This document shows positions 61,676 to 64,000 of a stretch of 64,000 bases of DNA, in pieces; position 1 is the stretch's first letter, and every line of letters begins with the position of its first letter. The stretch is from NCBI GenBank assembly GCA_026989495.1, contig JALSJE010000021.1, forward strand, positions 17,239-81,238, given 5' to 3'. A program made the translations under genes and the position numbers. Origin of the DNA: Gammaproteobacteria bacterium (lineage in GTDB: Bacteria; Pseudomonadota; Gammaproteobacteria; S144-34). The notes beneath the pieces were generated by a model that did not search any database, was not told the DNA's origin, and worked only from the letters and a program-made list of their open reading frames with translations.

Positions 61676-63028
61676 ATGAGCAGCACCAGCCAGACTCCCC
61701 CCAACAGCGGTGGCGGCATCGCCGGCCACGGCTCCTTCTTCCAGGAGACCAACCTCTCGCGCGAGGAGGCGCTCAAGGCCACCGAGTGGGTCCGCAAGCA
61801 TGTGGACCGGCGCACGGTGGACCTGGGTGAGCGCATGGACGATATCCGCGAGCACATGTGGGAGCTCGAGAGGGACGGTGAGATCATCGTCCACCGCATC
61901 ACCGACGCGCACGAGCCCGTGGTGGTGAAGACGCTCTTCGGGTGGGAAAAGAAGATCCCGACCAAGCAGCTCTGGCACCACAAGTCCTGCGGGCAATGCG
62001 GCAACATCCCGGGCTATCCCACATCGCTGCTCTGGTTCATGAACCGGTTCGGCTACGTGCCGGGGCGGGACTACCTGGACGAGACCGACCAGACCTCCTG
62101 CACCGCCTGGAACTACCACGGCTCAGGCATCGGCAACGTGGAGTCGCTGGCTGCGGTCTTCCTGCGCAACTTCCACCAGGCCTACGTGTCCGGCCTGCAG
62201 CACGGCCACCAGGCGGGCCACTTCTTCCCGCTGGTGCACTGCGGCACCTCCTTCGGCAATTACAAGGAGATCCGCAAGTACCTGATCGAATCCGCCGAGC
62301 TGCGCGAGCGGGTCAAGAAGATCCTGGACCGCCTCGGGCGCCTGGTGGACGGCAAGCTCGTGATCCCCGAGGAGATCGTGCATTACTCGGAGTGGGTGCA
62401 CGTCATGCGTCACCGCATCGCCGAGCTCCAGAAGTACGACGTCTCCAACATCCGGGTCACGGCGCACGTGGCCTGCCATTACTACAAGATGGTGCACGAG
62501 GATGCCGTCTACGACGCCGGGGTGCTGGGAGGCAACCGCACCGCGATCGTGACCTCGGTGGCCGAGGCGCTCGGCGCACAGGTGATCGACTACTCCACCT
62601 GGTACGACTGCTGCGGCTTCGGCTTCCGCCACATCATCTCCGAGCGCGAGTTCACGCGCTCGTTCACCATGGACCGCAAGATCCGGGTCGCCAAGGAGGA
62701 GGCCAAGGCCGACGTCATGCTGACCAACGACACCGGCTGCGTGACGACCATGGACAAGAACCAGTGGATCGGCAAGGCCCACGGCCAGGACTACCAGGTG
62801 CCCATCATGGCGGACGTGCAGTTCGCCGCGCTCGCCTGCGGCGCCGATCCCTTCAAGATCGTGCAGCTGCAGTGGCATGCCTCGCCCTGCGAGGAGCTGG
62901 TGGAGAAGATGGGCATCGACTGGAACGCCTCGAAGAAGGCCTTCGAGGAGTATCTCAAGCAGGTCGAGCAGGGCAACATCGAGTACCTCTACGACCCCGA
63001 GCTCGCCTACGGCGGAGGGAAGGCGTAA
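61676..63028 (+). CDS. hdrB1: heterodisulfide reductase subunit B-like protein (sHdrB1, two CCG domains)
   Basis: 450 aa with Cys-rich CCG-type motifs (CGQCG..., CHYYKM..., YDCCGFG...). Confidence 0.85.
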   Translation: MSSTSQTPPNSGGGIAGHGSFFQETNLSREEALKATEWVRKHVDRRTVDLGERMDDIREHMWELERDGEIIVHRITDAHEPVVVKTLFGWEKKIPTKQLWHHKSCGQCGNIPGYPTSLLWFMNRFGYVPGRDYLDETDQTSCTAWNYHGSGIGNVESLAAVFLRNFHQAYVSGLQHGHQAGHFFPLVHCGTSFGNYKEIRKYLIESAELRERVKKILDRLGRLVDGKLVIPEEIVHYSEWVHVMRHRIAELQKYDVSNIRVTAHVACHYYKMVHEDAVYDAGVLGGNRTAIVTSVAEALGAQVIDYSTWYDCCGFGFRHIISEREFTRSFTMDRKIRVAKEEAKADVMLTNDTGCVTTMDKNQWIGKAHGQDYQVPIMADVQFAALACGADPFKIVQLQWHASPCEELVEKMGIDWNASKKAFEEYLKQVEQGNIEYLYDPELAYGGGKA

Positions 63029-64000
63029 ATGCAGAACACCGTGCTGGTCGTGGGCGCAGGCCCGGCCGGGCTCTCGGCCGCCGCGAGCGTGGCGGCCGCG
63101 GGCCACCGGGCCGTGCTGGTCGAGAAGGAGGAGGTCCTGGGCGGGGCGCCGATCCTGTCGGGCTATGCCAGGCTGATCCCATCGGGCGAGTGGGCCAAGG
63201 ACGCCATCGGGCGCATGGTCGCGCGCGTGGAGCAGGACCCCAACGTCACCATCCACAAGGGCACGCGCGTGACGCAGGTGGACGGGGAGGCCGGCGACTT
63301 CACCTGCACCCTGAGCAACGGCGGGACGGTGCAGGCCGGCGCCATCATCCTGTGCACGGGCTTCACCCACTTCGACTCCATCAACAAGCCGGAGTGGGGT
63401 TTCGGCACCTATGAGGACGTGCTCACCACCACGCAGATGGAGCAGATGGTGGCGGGCGGCAAGATCTACTGCCCTTCGGACGGGCGCACGCCCGAGCGCG
63501 TGGCCATCCTCCTGTGCGTGGGCTCCCGGGACCGGCAGATCGGGCGCGAGTGGTGCTCCAAGGTCTGCTGCACGGTCTCGGCCAATCTCGCCATGGAGAT
63601 CAAGGAGCTCTCGCCCGAGACGGACGTCTTCATCTACTACATGGACATCCGCACCTTCGGGCTGTACGAGGACCGCTACTACTGGAAGTCCCAGGAGGAG
63701 TTCAAGACCAAGTTCGTCAAGGCGCGCATCGCCGAGGTGACCAGGGCGCCCGACGGGCGTCTCCTGGTGAAGGGCGAGGATACGCTGGTCAAGCGGCCCA
63801 TCGTCATCCCCTTCGACATCGTGGTGCACGCCATCGGCATGGACCCCAACGAGGAGAACCCGGAGATCGCACGGATCTTCGGCGTCGGGCTGGAGAAGCA
63901 TGGCTTCATCGAGCGGGCCGAGCACTACACCAACACCTGCGGCACCACCCGGCGGGGCATCTATGCCGCCGGCGCAGCCTACGGGCCGGAGTCCATCGAC
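63029..64000 (+). CDS. hdrA: heterodisulfide reductase subunit A-like flavoprotein (sHdrA), 5' partial, truncated by window end
   Basis: ATG directly after the hdrB1 TAA. FAD motif VVGAGPAGLSAA, and an HdrA-type Cys cluster (CVGSRD...CSKVCC). Confidence 0.85.
   Translation, partial: MQNTVLVVGAGPAGLSAAASVAAAGHRAVLVEKEEVLGGAPILSGYARLIPSGEWAKDAIGRMVARVEQDPNVTIHKGTRVTQVDGEAGDFTCTLSNGGTVQAGAIILCTGFTHFDSINKPEWGFGTYEDVLTTTQMEQMVAGGKIYCPSDGRTPERVAILLCVGSRDRQIGREWCSKVCCTVSANLAMEIKELSPETDVFIYYMDIRTFGLYEDRYYWKSQEEFKTKFVKARIAEVTRAPDGRLLVKGEDTLVKRPIVIPFDIVVHAIGMDPNEENPEIARIFGVGLEKHGFIERAEHYTNTCGTTRRGIYAAGAAYGPESID

Overview
This is a roughly 70% GC, densely coding chromosomal window whose gene content and order point to a sulfur-oxidising gammaproteobacterium; the taxon is my inference from the genes, not from any search.

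The backbone is collinear with the Pseudomonas aeruginosa PA0389–PA0420 and PA0546–PA0555 regions. In order it carries metW–metX, a dynamin-like GTPase, yggU–yggT–proC–yggS, divergent pilT–pilU, a minus-strand operon (gshA–gshB–apbE–NusG-II–Gx–tonB–yqgE–ruvX–pyrR–pyrB–pyrC'–pyrK-like), the complete PilG/H/I/J/K–ChpA/B/C twitching chemosensory locus, rsmE–bioA–metF–ahcY, metK, and a tkt–gap–pgk–pyk–fba block with a second aldolase paralog. These are followed by purC, a beta-carbonic anhydrase, and two CPA2 antiporters.

The 3' third is sulfur metabolism. After IS630-family and IS110-family transposase remnants come soxXYZAB on the minus strand with no soxCD in the window, a BepA-like protease, and the start of an sHdr cluster (rhd–tusA–dsrE3–hdrC1–hdrB1–hdrA, truncated at the window end).

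I found no rRNA, tRNA or CRISPR array.

The most unusual features:
- A structured intergenic repeat of about 150–170 bp carrying four hairpins. It occurs three times within 10 kb, always in the same orientation relative to the gene immediately downstream.
- An in-frame insertion of about 250 bp in gshB that contains a perfect 49-bp direct repeat.
- An apbE–NusG-II–Gx module wedged into the gshAB–tonB operon.
- A class II aldolase–Dabb fusion gene.
- An intrinsic terminator between soxA and soxB.
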